A model generated the notes under the pieces. The model made no database searches. It saw nothing but the letters and a program-made list of their open reading frames with translations, and was not told the DNA's origin. 64,000 nucleotides of DNA from Terriglobia bacterium (lineage in GTDB: Bacteria > Acidobacteriota > Polarisedimenticolia > Polarisedimenticolales > JAIQFR01). A program made the position numbers and the translations under genes. Shown here piece by piece: positions 28,958 to 38,046 of this stretch. Positions within the stretch are counted from its first letter, which is position 1; each line of letters begins with the position of its first letter. Where the stretch lies: positions 128,001-192,000 of the forward strand of contig CAVVHE010000008.1 in NCBI GenBank assembly GCA_963748015.1, written 5' to 3'.

Positions 28958-29530
28958 GTGACGCGGACCAAGCTCGTTCTCAAGCACTGGCCGCCCATCG
29001 CGGCCGTGACGACGATCCTGTGCCTTCTGGTCTATGCGACCGCGCAGCAGGCGCTCCGCAACGCGGCGGACGACCCTCAGATCCAGCTGGCCGAGGACGC
29101 GGCCGGCGCGCTGGGGCGCGACGCGGCGGCCGCCTCGGTGGTTCCGCCGGTCCGGGTCGACATCGCGACGAGCCTCGCTCCATTCGTGATCGTGCTGGAC
29201 GACAAGGGCGGGGTCGTCGCGACCTCCGGCCTCCTGCACGGGAGAGCGCCGGCCATCCCGCCGGGGGTACTCGCCTTCGCCAAGGCGCACGGCGAGCACC
29301 GGGTTACCCTGCAACCCGAGCGAGGCGTCCGGATCGCGAGCGTCGTGCTCGCCCACGGCGGTGCGACGCCCGGCTTCGTCGTCGCCGGCCGCTCGCTGCG
29401 CGAGACCGAGAGGCGGGTCGCGCAACTCGTCACGTTCGTGACGGCGGCCTGGCTTGTGGCGCTCGCGATCTCGCTGATCCTGGCGGCCGGCGGAGAGGTG
29501 CTGTTGCCCGAACGAGCGCGCGGCGACTAG
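28958..29530 (+). CDS. Two-TM protein with a small extracytoplasmic domain (sensor-like, no kinase domain)
   Basis: N- and C-terminal hydrophobic helices flanking DDPQIQLAED..SLAPFVIV..VVAGRSLRE; RBS GGAGG. Confidence 0.6.
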   Translation: MTRTKLVLKHWPPIAAVTTILCLLVYATAQQALRNAADDPQIQLAEDAAGALGRDAAAASVVPPVRVDIATSLAPFVIVLDDKGGVVATSGLLHGRAPAIPPGVLAFAKAHGEHRVTLQPERGVRIASVVLAHGGATPGFVVAGRSLRETERRVAQLVTFVTAAWLVALAISLILAAGGEVLLPERARGD

Positions 29531-29558
29531 GCCAACGCGGACCGGTGCGCGACGTCCT

Positions 29559-32273
29559 TCATTTCGGGACGGCCGCTCGCGGCAGGTCCTCGAGCCCGCT
29601 CAGCACGACGTTGACATGCTGCGCGGTGGTCGTCTCGCCGCTTGTACGCACCATGATGAACCGGCCGTCGGGCGCGACGTCGTAGTTGGCGAACGTGTCC
29701 GATGTCGTCGGGAAGCGAGTGCTGAACAGCTCCCGCGGCGCCCCGACCGAAAACGTCGGCCTCGTCAGCACCTTCACCGCCATCATCCTCTGTTGGTTCA
29801 CGTAGAACAGCTCGCTCCCGTCGGGGGACCAGTGCGGGATCGTCCCGCCGCCGTCCGTGATCTGCCATCGCCCCCCGGGTCCCGGAAACGCCTGGACGTA
29901 AACCTCGGCGCTCCCCGACTCGTCGGAGTTGTACGCGAGCCAGCGACCGTCGGGAGAGATGTCCCCTCCCATCTCGATCGCCGCCGTCTGCACGATCGGC
30001 CGGCTCTGCCCGTCCGGGGCGGAGAGGGCGATCAAGTCCACCGATCGGCCGGGGCCGCTGTCCTGCTGGTAGACGAGGGACTTGCCGTCGGGCGTGAAGC
30101 AGAGCGGGGCCCGAGCGATCGAATCGGGGAACGACGCGAGAGTCCTGGCGGCCTCGCCGCCGTCCGCGGCCTTCCACGCGAGGTTGTCTCCCGCCGCCGT
30201 CCTCGAGCCGAAGGCCACCCGCGCCCCGTCGGGCGCCCACACCGGCGACGCGCTGGCGCCGTCGAACGTGAGCCGAGCGGTCGTGCCGCGGGCAAGGTCG
30301 TGGATGTAGACGTCGCTCGCGGCTCCCCGGCCGGGGCCGATCGCGACGGCGATGAGCTTCCCGTCGGGGGAGACGCGAGGGCCTCGGTATTCCCGAGCCG
30401 GGAGCGGGAGCGGCTCGACCGTTCCATCGCGTCGGACCCAGACCAGCTCGAGCATGGAGGCTTTGGGGTCGGCCTCGGCGTAGGCAAGCGTCCCGTCGCG
30501 GGCGAGGTCGAAGAAGAGGACGCCGCTCGTTGAGACCCCTCCTACGTCCCGGGCCACCGGTATCGCGTTGGCTACGGGCCCGCCGGTCGCCGCCGCGAAG
30601 GGCATGGCAAAGAGCTGACTGCCGCGTCCGAGGACGAGGTGTCCCGGCTCCGCGAAGCGAACCATGCTCGCGCCCTTCAGCAGGACGCGGCGCTGCCCCG
30701 TCTCGAGAGTGACCGCATCGATCTCCGAGTCCTCGTAGACCCCGGGCTTGTCGGAAGTGCCGACGGTGAACGCCACTTCTTTTCCGCCGGGCAGAAACGC
30801 CGGCCAACGGTGCGTGCGCTCCTTGCGGGCCAGGTCGAGCTTCGTCAGCTCCACGGGGGTTCCCCCTCCGCTCGGGATCCTCGAGAGCGACGAGCTCGTG
30901 GACGGCGAGAAGACGATGGTGCCGTCCGGTCCCCACGCCCCGCCGCGATCGAGACCGACCGCGCAGAGATCGATGGGCTGTCCCCCTTCCACGGCGACCT
31001 TCTTGAGCTTTCCCCTCGCGAAGAAAGCGATCCAAAGGCCGTCGGGAGAGAAGAACGGGCTGTTCGCGTCCTCCGTCCCGGCGAGGGGCGTGACCTCGAG
31101 CTGGTCGAGGCGCCGCAGGTAGAGCCGCTTCACGTTCGCGGAAACCCCCACGAACGCGAGCCGGGAGCCATCCGGCGAGATCGCGAGGATCTGGTGCTCG
31201 GTGGTGTTGGTCTCGAGGTCGAGACGCACGTCGAGCGGCAGCCTCGCCGAAAGGTGCACCGGCGATCTCGGCGGGGCGGGCGTGCCCGATCGCGTGCCGC
31301 CGAGGAGGGACGCTCCAAGAAGGACGGCGAGCACGGCGGCGGCAGCCCACGGCGCCGCGCGGCGCCAGCGAGGAACGGTCGCGGCGGCCGCCCCGGGTTC
31401 CTCGCCGGCGTCGTCGAGGAGCAGGCCCGCGTCTCCCGCATCGCGCAGCCGGCGCCGCGCGTCCTTCTCGAGACAGCGGCGCAGCAGCCGGCGCACCGGC
31501 GCGGGCGTCGCGGCGGGGAGGGCATTCCAGTCCGGCTCTCGCGCGACCACGGCGGCCAGCGCGTCCGTGGCCGTGGCGCCGTCGAACGCGCGGCGACCGC
31601 TCAGCATCTCGTAGAGGAGGCAGCCGAGCGCCCAGACGTCGGTCCTCCGGTCCACCGCCCGCCCGCGCGCCTGCTCCGGGCTCATGTACCCCGGGGTACC
31701 GAGGATCGTGCCGGCGAGCGTCCCCGTGGAGGTAACCGTCGTGGAGCGCGAGGGGTCGGCGCCCGCGACGGGCTCCCCCGCTTTCGCCAGTCCGAAGTCG
31801 AGGACCTTCACCTTGCCGTCGGGCGTCCGCTTCACGTTCGCGGGCTTGAGGTCGCGGTGGATCACGCCGTGCTCGTGCGCGGCCTCCAGCGACTCCGCGA
31901 CGCGCCGGGCGGTCTCGATCGCCTCGTCCATCGGGAGCGCGCCGCGCTCGAGACGCTGGGCGAGGTCTTCCCCGGGGACGAGCTCCATCGCGAGGAACCG
32001 CACGCTCGGCCCTGAGCCCGTCGAAGGGCCCGCCTCGTGCAGGCCGTACACGGAAGCGATGTTCGGATGGTTCAGCGAGGCGAGGAGCTTCGCCTCGCGC
32101 TCGAAGCGCGCGAGCCGCTCGGGGTCCGCCGCGAACGCGGGAGGGAGGATCTTGATCGCCACCTCGCGGTCGAGCGTGGTGTCGACCGCGCGCCAGACCT
32201 CGCCCATTCCGCCCTCGCCGATCCTCTCGACCAGGCGGTAGTGAAGCAGCGACTGCCCCGGGGCCACGCTCAC
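29559..32273 (-). CDS. Hanks-type Ser/Thr kinase with TM helix and TolB-like (PD40) propeller
   Basis: IGEGGMGEV, VAIK, HRDLKPAN, DFG, YMSPE; many SPDG repeats. Confidence 0.93.
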   Translation of the reverse strand: MSVAPGQSLLHYRLVERIGEGGMGEVWRAVDTTLDREVAIKILPPAFAADPERLARFEREAKLLASLNHPNIASVYGLHEAGPSTGSGPSVRFLAMELVPGEDLAQRLERGALPMDEAIETARRVAESLEAAHEHGVIHRDLKPANVKRTPDGKVKVLDFGLAKAGEPVAGADPSRSTTVTSTGTLAGTILGTPGYMSPEQARGRAVDRRTDVWALGCLLYEMLSGRRAFDGATATDALAAVVAREPDWNALPAATPAPVRRLLRRCLEKDARRRLRDAGDAGLLLDDAGEEPGAAAATVPRWRRAAPWAAAAVLAVLLGASLLGGTRSGTPAPPRSPVHLSARLPLDVRLDLETNTTEHQILAISPDGSRLAFVGVSANVKRLYLRRLDQLEVTPLAGTEDANSPFFSPDGLWIAFFARGKLKKVAVEGGQPIDLCAVGLDRGGAWGPDGTIVFSPSTSSSLSRIPSGGGTPVELTKLDLARKERTHRWPAFLPGGKEVAFTVGTSDKPGVYEDSEIDAVTLETGQRRVLLKGASMVRFAEPGHLVLGRGSQLFAMPFAAATGGPVANAIPVARDVGGVSTSGVLFFDLARDGTLAYAEADPKASMLELVWVRRDGTVEPLPLPAREYRGPRVSPDGKLIAVAIGPGRGAASDVYIHDLARGTTARLTFDGASASPVWAPDGARVAFGSRTAAGDNLAWKAADGGEAARTLASFPDSIARAPLCFTPDGKSLVYQQDSGPGRSVDLIALSAPDGQSRPIVQTAAIEMGGDISPDGRWLAYNSDESGSAEVYVQAFPGPGGRWQITDGGGTIPHWSPDGSELFYVNQQRMMAVKVLTRPTFSVGAPRELFSTRFPTTSDTFANYDVAPDGRFIMVRTSGETTTAQHVNVVLSGLEDLPRAAVPK

Positions 32274-32329
32274 ACGGGTTCCTCCGGCACGAACATCGAA
32301 TTCTACGACAGTTCATGCGGCGCGGGGGA

Positions 32330-34435
32330 CTAGCGCTTCCCGGCGCGGCGGGCGTCGAGCGCCTTGAGCCCCTCCTGCGCGGCCGCGTCGCCGGGGGCGA
32401 TCTCGAGGCTCTCGCGGAAGAGCCTCTCCGCCTCGGCGAAGTCGCCCTTCTCGGTGAGAACGGCGGCGAGCCCGTTATGCGAAGGCACGTGGTCGGGACC
32501 GGCGTCGAGGCCCTTGCCGAAAGCGGCCTGCGCGCCGTCGAGCTTTCGCTGGAACAGGAGCGCGAAGCCGAGTCGCGCCCAGGCGTCGGCGCTCGAGGGC
32601 TGAAGCTCGCTCTCGCGGCGGAAGGCGGCCTCCGCATCGGGTAACCGCCCGGCCTGGAGCAGCGCGCCGCCGTAGCTCCCCCAGGCCGCGGCCGATTTCG
32701 GGTCGGCCCGGACCGCGCGCTCCAGCGTGCCGAGCGCATCGGGCAGCCGTCCCAGGCGCCTCAGGGACTCCCCCAGGCCGACCAGCGACTTCGCGTCGCC
32801 GGGGGCGACGTCGAGGGCCTTCGAGAATTCCGCGGCCGCTTCCGCCGCCTTGCCCTCGAGCAGGAGCAGGCGCCCGAGGTTCGACCGGGCCATGAGGTAG
32901 CGCGGATCGAGTGCCAAGCACTCGCGGTACTTCGCGGCGGCCTCGTCGAGCAGGCTCTGGTGCTCCAGCACCACGGCGAGGTTGTAGAGGAGGGCGGGGG
33001 TCTTCGCCTCGGTCGCCGCGGCGGGAGCGTCGGTCCCGGCCGGGGTCGGCGCGACGCCCTCCGGGACGGCCTTCCGGAAGACCGCCTCGTCGGGCGGCCT
33101 CGGCGGTCCGACGAGGCCTCGCTCCTCGAAGACCTTCCACAGCTCGTGCGCGATGATCCGGTGGCCTTCCGGTTTCGGGTGAACGTAGTCCTCGAACAGG
33201 TCGAAGCCCGGCACGCCATGAGGGGATGCCTTCGCGAAGGCAGCCTCGATGTCCACGAGGACGGCGCCCTTTAGGACGGCGACGCGGCGGATGGCTTCGT
33301 TGACGGCGCTCGGCGCGCGCGAAGGCGCCGCGTCGGTGTCGCGGGCGCGGACGTACTCCGCGCGCGCGTCGTCCCATCTCCCGAGGGCCTCGTACGCGCG
33401 GCCGAGCTGGTAGTGGATGCCGGCGTGGGAGGGAGCGAGCGCCCTCGCGGCCTCGAGGCGCGAAGCGGCGCCCGCGGCGTCGCCCTTGCCCAGAAGCGAC
33501 GCCGACTCCTCGAGGAGGCGGAGCGCCTCGCGCCTCGCGCCGGCGCCGGCCTCGCGCCCGAAGAACGACTGGTTCGGCGGCCACCGGCCGAGGTTCGAGG
33601 GGACCGTGCAGAGAACCGCGCGCGCGCCGCCCCGGCCGGCGAGGTCCACGATCGCGCGGAGGTTGTCCTCGAAGAGCCGGTAGACCTCGGCGCGGTCGGC
33701 GTCTCCGACGTTGGAGACGTCCTCCCGGACGACGTCGAGGCCGAGCAGCTCGCCCGTGGTCTTGCCCGAGTCGTCCGCGGGGCTCGCCGCGCGGGCTCCG
33801 CCCCGTACCTTCTCGATCGTGCGCGCCATCAGGGACCCGAGCCTCGAGCGATAGATGACCTGGCGCAGCGCGCCGAGCTCGCCGGCCCCCGCGTTCAGCC
33901 GGTCCTGGAAGCGACGCTCGATGAACTCGTTGTGCCCCTCGTAGAACACGACGGCGTCCGGCCGGTAGGAGGCGACCTCGTGCGCGAGCACGCGCAGCCG
34001 GTGCGATCCGTACGACATCCCCGCGGCGTTGACCGCCTCCACGGTCCGGCCGGGCCACGATGCCTGCAGGGCGTCTCCGAGCAGGTGCGTGAACGCGACC
34101 TTCGAGCCCCACGGGAACCCGTAGGCGCTGGATCCCCCCAGCGTGAAGAGGCGGAAGCCATGCGCGGGCTTCGTCTCCCGGAACGACTGGTAGTTGAACG
34201 AGTGGGCGAGGGCCCTCTTCGTCGTTGCGTAGACGCCGCGGCCGCGGTCGAGCTCGAAGACCGGAACGCGCCCGGAAAAACCGGAGAAGGGGTCGCGCTC
34301 CGAGAGAAGCGTCGGGTACCCGCCCGCCCACAGGGCCGCCTCGACGATCGCGAAGAACAGCACGACCGTCACCGCCGCGTAGAGCGCCTGCCTCCATGCG
34401 GGAATCGCGAGCGGCTCGTCCTTGCTCCTCACCAT
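32330..34435 (-). CDS. SGNH-hydrolase-like domain + TPR repeat protein, membrane anchored
   Basis: LGGSSAYG, YEGHNEF, DYVHP (DxxH), C-terminal TPR-like helices. Confidence 0.75.
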   Translation of the reverse strand: MVRSKDEPLAIPAWRQALYAAVTVVLFFAIVEAALWAGGYPTLLSERDPFSGFSGRVPVFELDRGRGVYATTKRALAHSFNYQSFRETKPAHGFRLFTLGGSSAYGFPWGSKVAFTHLLGDALQASWPGRTVEAVNAAGMSYGSHRLRVLAHEVASYRPDAVVFYEGHNEFIERRFQDRLNAGAGELGALRQVIYRSRLGSLMARTIEKVRGGARAASPADDSGKTTGELLGLDVVREDVSNVGDADRAEVYRLFEDNLRAIVDLAGRGGARAVLCTVPSNLGRWPPNQSFFGREAGAGARREALRLLEESASLLGKGDAAGAASRLEAARALAPSHAGIHYQLGRAYEALGRWDDARAEYVRARDTDAAPSRAPSAVNEAIRRVAVLKGAVLVDIEAAFAKASPHGVPGFDLFEDYVHPKPEGHRIIAHELWKVFEERGLVGPPRPPDEAVFRKAVPEGVAPTPAGTDAPAAATEAKTPALLYNLAVVLEHQSLLDEAAAKYRECLALDPRYLMARSNLGRLLLLEGKAAEAAAEFSKALDVAPGDAKSLVGLGESLRRLGRLPDALGTLERAVRADPKSAAAWGSYGGALLQAGRLPDAEAAFRRESELQPSSADAWARLGFALLFQRKLDGAQAAFGKGLDAGPDHVPSHNGLAAVLTEKGDFAEAERLFRESLEIAPGDAAAQEGLKALDARRAGKR

Positions 34436-34580
34436 GTCCCGTCCCGCACGATGAATCCGCTCCCCCCGCGCCGTCCGGCGGTGCGACGAGTATACCGTCG
34501 CACGCGGCGCGGCGCGGGGGCCGGCGTCCCGCCGCTCCTTGCAGCAGGTTAGAATGGCTCTCCCAACAACGGAGCGAGCG

Positions 34581-36965
34581 ATGCAGGACTACGAGAAGCT
34601 AGGCGCCTTCTACCTCGGCCGCCTGTTCGACCCCGCCGCGGGGAAAACCAAGGACGACCTCCTCCTCTACGACTCCCGCGATCTGCTGACGCACGCGGTG
34701 TGCGTGGGGATGACCGGGAGCGGGAAGACCGGTCTCTGCCTCGCTCTCCTCGAGGAGGCCGCCATCGACGGCATCCCCGCGATCGCGATCGATCCGAAGG
34801 GAGACCTCGGCAACCTGCTCCTGGCGTTTCCAGGGCTCACCGCCGCCGAGTTCAGGCCGTGGGTGGACGAGGAGGAGGCGTCGCGGCAGGGGATCACGCC
34901 GGACGAGCTGGCGTCGAGAACCGCCGAGAAGTGGCGCAACGGGCTCGCCGAGTGGGGCCAGGACTCCTCCCGCGTCGCCCGCTTCCGCGACGCCGCCGAG
35001 GCGGTGATCTACACGCCGGGCAGCTCCGCGGGACGGCCGGTCTCGATCCTGCGCTCGTTGGGCGCACCGGAGGGAGCCGCGGCCCAAGATCCCGACGCGC
35101 AGCGCGAGAGGATCTCCGCGACGGCCTCGGGTCTCCTCTCGCTCGTCGGCGTCGCGGCCGACCCGTTCCGCAGCCGCGAGCACATCCTGATCTCGACCCT
35201 GCTGGACAGAGCGTGGAAGGGGGGGAGGAGTCTCGGCCTCGGCGATCTCGTGCGCGAGATCCAGTCGCCCGCGATCGAGCGCGTCGGCGTCGTGGACCTC
35301 GAGTCGTTCTTTCCCGCGAGAGAGCGCCAGGAGCTCGCCATGGCGTTCAACAACCTGCTGGCGTCGCCCGGCTTCGGGGCGTGGGCGGAAGGCGAGCCGC
35401 TGGATGTCGGCCGCCTCCTCCACACCGCGGAAGGAAAGCCGCGGCTCGCCGTCATGTCCATCGCGCACCTGTCGGACGCGGAGCGGATGTTCTTCGTCAC
35501 CCTGCTGCTCGGCGAAGTGATCGCGTGGATGCGGTCGCGGCCGGGGACGACGTCGCTCCGGGCGGTGCTCTACATGGACGAGGTGTTCGGGTACTTCCCG
35601 CCCACGGCCAATCCGCCGAGCAAGATGCCGATGCTCACGCTCCTCAAGCAGGCCCGGGCGTACGGCCTCGGCGTGGTGCTCGCGACGCAGAACCCGGTCG
35701 ATCTCGACTACAAGGGGCTCTCGAACGCGGGGACGTGGTTTCTCGGGCGGCTTCAGACCGAGCGCGACAAGCTGCGGGTGCTCGACGGGCTCGAGGGAGC
35801 CTCCGCGGCCTCGGGGCGGGAGTTCGACCGCGCCGGGATGGACCGGATGCTGTCGGGACTCGGCAGCCGCGTGTTCGTGATGAACGACGTGCACGAGAAC
35901 GCCCCGGCCCTCTTCCAGACCCGGCACACGCTCTCGTACCTGCGCGGCCCGCTCACGAGAGGGCAGATCGAGAAGCTCATGGCGGCGAGGAAGGGCGAGG
36001 TCGCCGCCGCGCCGTCCGCATCCGCTCCATCGGCGTCCCGCGCGGCCGCGGAGCCCAGCGCCGCGCCGGCGGGCGGCGAGCGCCCCCTGGTCCCGCCCGA
36101 CGTACCGGAGAGGTTCCTCGCGGCACGCGGGGCGCCCGTCCTCTACCGTCCCGCGCTCCTCGGCACGTGCAAGCTGCACTACGTCGACGCCAAGGCCGGC
36201 CTCGACGTGTGGGAGGACGTTGCGGCCGTCGCGCGACTCGGCGCCGACGTCCCTCCCGACCCGTGGGAGAAGGCCGACCTGTCCGCGCCCGGCGGCCTCG
36301 ACCTCGTCAAGGCACCGGATCCGGGCGCTTCGTTCGCGCCGCTCCCGGCGGAGGCGGCGCGGCCGAAGAGCTATCCGGCCTGGAGCAAGAAGCTCGCGGA
36401 CTCGATGTACCGGAGCCGCTCGCTCACGCTGCAGCGCTGCCCGGCTCTCGGTCTCGTCTCGAAACCCGGGGAGAGCGACGGCGATTTCCGCATTCGCGTC
36501 GACGAGAGCGATCGAGAGCGCCGCGATGCCGGCGTCGAGGCACTCCGGAAGAAGTACGCGCCGCGCCTCGCGACGCTCCAGGAGCAGATCCGCCGCGCGG
36601 AGGAACGGGAAGCGCGCGAGCGGGGCCAGTATCAGCAGCAGTCGGTGCAAACCGCGATCTCCCTCGGGGCGACCCTTCTCGGCGCGTTTCTCGGCCGCAA
36701 GGCCGTGAGCGTCGGGACCTTGGGCCGGGCAGCCACGACCGCGAGGAGCGCGACCCGCGCCGCGAGCGAGAAGCAGGACATCGACCGGGCCGCGCAGGGA
36801 GTCGAGGCCACGAAGCAGCGCCTCGCCGACCTCCAGTCGCAATTCGACGCGGAGACCGCGACCCTCGCCGCCGGCGGCGACCGCGCGGCGATCGAGAGCG
36901 TCACCGTCCGCCCGCGGAAGTCGGACCTCGCCGTCGAGGGGGTCGTTCTGTTGTGGGTGCATTGA
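34581..36965 (+). CDS. HerA/FtsK-superfamily ATPase (DUF87/DUF853-like) with C-terminal coiled coil
   Basis: GMTGSGKT, IDPKGD, LYMDEVFG, QARAYG, LATQNPVDLD. Confidence 0.85.
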   Translation: MQDYEKLGAFYLGRLFDPAAGKTKDDLLLYDSRDLLTHAVCVGMTGSGKTGLCLALLEEAAIDGIPAIAIDPKGDLGNLLLAFPGLTAAEFRPWVDEEEASRQGITPDELASRTAEKWRNGLAEWGQDSSRVARFRDAAEAVIYTPGSSAGRPVSILRSLGAPEGAAAQDPDAQRERISATASGLLSLVGVAADPFRSREHILISTLLDRAWKGGRSLGLGDLVREIQSPAIERVGVVDLESFFPARERQELAMAFNNLLASPGFGAWAEGEPLDVGRLLHTAEGKPRLAVMSIAHLSDAERMFFVTLLLGEVIAWMRSRPGTTSLRAVLYMDEVFGYFPPTANPPSKMPMLTLLKQARAYGLGVVLATQNPVDLDYKGLSNAGTWFLGRLQTERDKLRVLDGLEGASAASGREFDRAGMDRMLSGLGSRVFVMNDVHENAPALFQTRHTLSYLRGPLTRGQIEKLMAARKGEVAAAPSASAPSASRAAAEPSAAPAGGERPLVPPDVPERFLAARGAPVLYRPALLGTCKLHYVDAKAGLDVWEDVAAVARLGADVPPDPWEKADLSAPGGLDLVKAPDPGASFAPLPAEAARPKSYPAWSKKLADSMYRSRSLTLQRCPALGLVSKPGESDGDFRIRVDESDRERRDAGVEALRKKYAPRLATLQEQIRRAEEREARERGQYQQQSVQTAISLGATLLGAFLGRKAVSVGTLGRAATTARSATRAASEKQDIDRAAQGVEATKQRLADLQSQFDAETATLAAGGDRAAIESVTVRPRKSDLAVEGVVLLWVH

Positions 36966-36981
36966 TCGCCAGCTCGAGGGG

Positions 36982-37136
36982 TCGCCCGAGCCGCGCGCCG
37001 GGATCCTTCCCCGGGCACGCTCGCCGTTCTGCGTTTCTCCGCAGCGACTCGCTCCGTGAAGAACGCGCCTGCATGGGAAGGGCAGGCGCGCTCTTCACAG
37101 GGCCCGGGGAAGGACCCCGGCGCGCGGCTCGGGCGA
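36982..37136. repeat. Structured three-way-junction element, copy B (family R2)
   Basis: 35-bp outer arms 36982-37016/37102-37136 (1 mismatch); inner GTGAAGA..GCCTGC/GCAGGC..TCTTCAC hairpin; same linkers as copies A and C. Confidence 0.75.
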
Positions 37137-37155
37137 GCGGCGGCGAGGACGCGAG

Positions 37156-37806
37156 ATGAGCTCCCGCCGGCGCGCCTCGATCGATCGGATCGTGAAGCGG
37201 CTCGCGAGCCGCTACGAGATCACCCGCTTCAAGGACGTCAACGGGCCGGACCCGTTCCGGATCCTGATCGGCTGCGTCCTCTCGCTGCGGACGAAGGACG
37301 AGGTCACGTACCCGGCCACGGAACGGCTGTTCGAGCGGGCGCGCACGCCGCGCGAGATGCTCTCCCTCCGCGCGCCGGCGATCGCGAAGCTGGTCTACCC
37401 GGTGGGGTTCTACCGCAGGAAGTCGGAGCAGATCCGCGAGATCAGCCGCTTGCTGCTGGCGCGGCACGGCGGGAAGGTGCCGGACACCCTCGAGGAGCTG
37501 CTGGAGTTGCCGGGTGTCGGCCGCAAGACCGCAAACCTCGTCGTCACGCTCGGCTTCGGCAAGCCGGGGATCTGCGTGGACACCCACGTCCACCGGATCT
37601 CGAACCGGCTCGGCTGGGTGAGCACGCGGCACCCGCACGAGACCGAGGAGGCCCTTCGCGTCCTCCTCCCGCGCCGCCACTGGATCCCGATCAACGAGAT
37701 CCTCGTCCGCCACGGCCAGCAGGTCTGCAAGCCCCTCTCTCCGATCTGCTCCGCCTGTCCCGTCGCCGAGGACTGCCGCCGCGTCGGCGTCACCCGCCAC
37801 CGCTAG
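37156..37806 (+). CDS. nth: Endonuclease III
   Basis: HhH LPGVGRKTANLV, VDTHV, C-X6-C-X2-C-X5-C. Confidence 0.93.
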   Translation: MSSRRRASIDRIVKRLASRYEITRFKDVNGPDPFRILIGCVLSLRTKDEVTYPATERLFERARTPREMLSLRAPAIAKLVYPVGFYRRKSEQIREISRLLLARHGGKVPDTLEELLELPGVGRKTANLVVTLGFGKPGICVDTHVHRISNRLGWVSTRHPHETEEALRVLLPRRHWIPINEILVRHGQQVCKPLSPICSACPVAEDCRRVGVTRHR

Positions 37807-37838
37807 CCGACCGACGGCCGTCCTCGCGCGACCCCACC

Positions 37839-38038
37839 CCCCGCGGCGTCTCGCGTCCTCGGGGCTGGTGCGGCGACCTCCCTCGGCGACGACCCGCATC
37901 GGCCGCGCGACGGGTCGAGCAAGCGCGATGGGGTCCCCCTTCCCCATCGCGCTCGACCCGTCGCGCGGCCGTGCAGGGGTCCCCGTCGCCTCGGGCATCG
38001 TCGCCGCACCAGCCCCGAGGACGCGAGACGCCGCGGGG
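37839..38038. repeat. Long rod-like palindromic element, copy 2 (family R3), inverted relative to copy 1
   Basis: Perfect 39-bp outer arms 37839-37877/38000-38038; core matches the reverse complement of 20112-20255. Confidence 0.85.
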
Positions 38039-38046
38039 CGGCGCCG

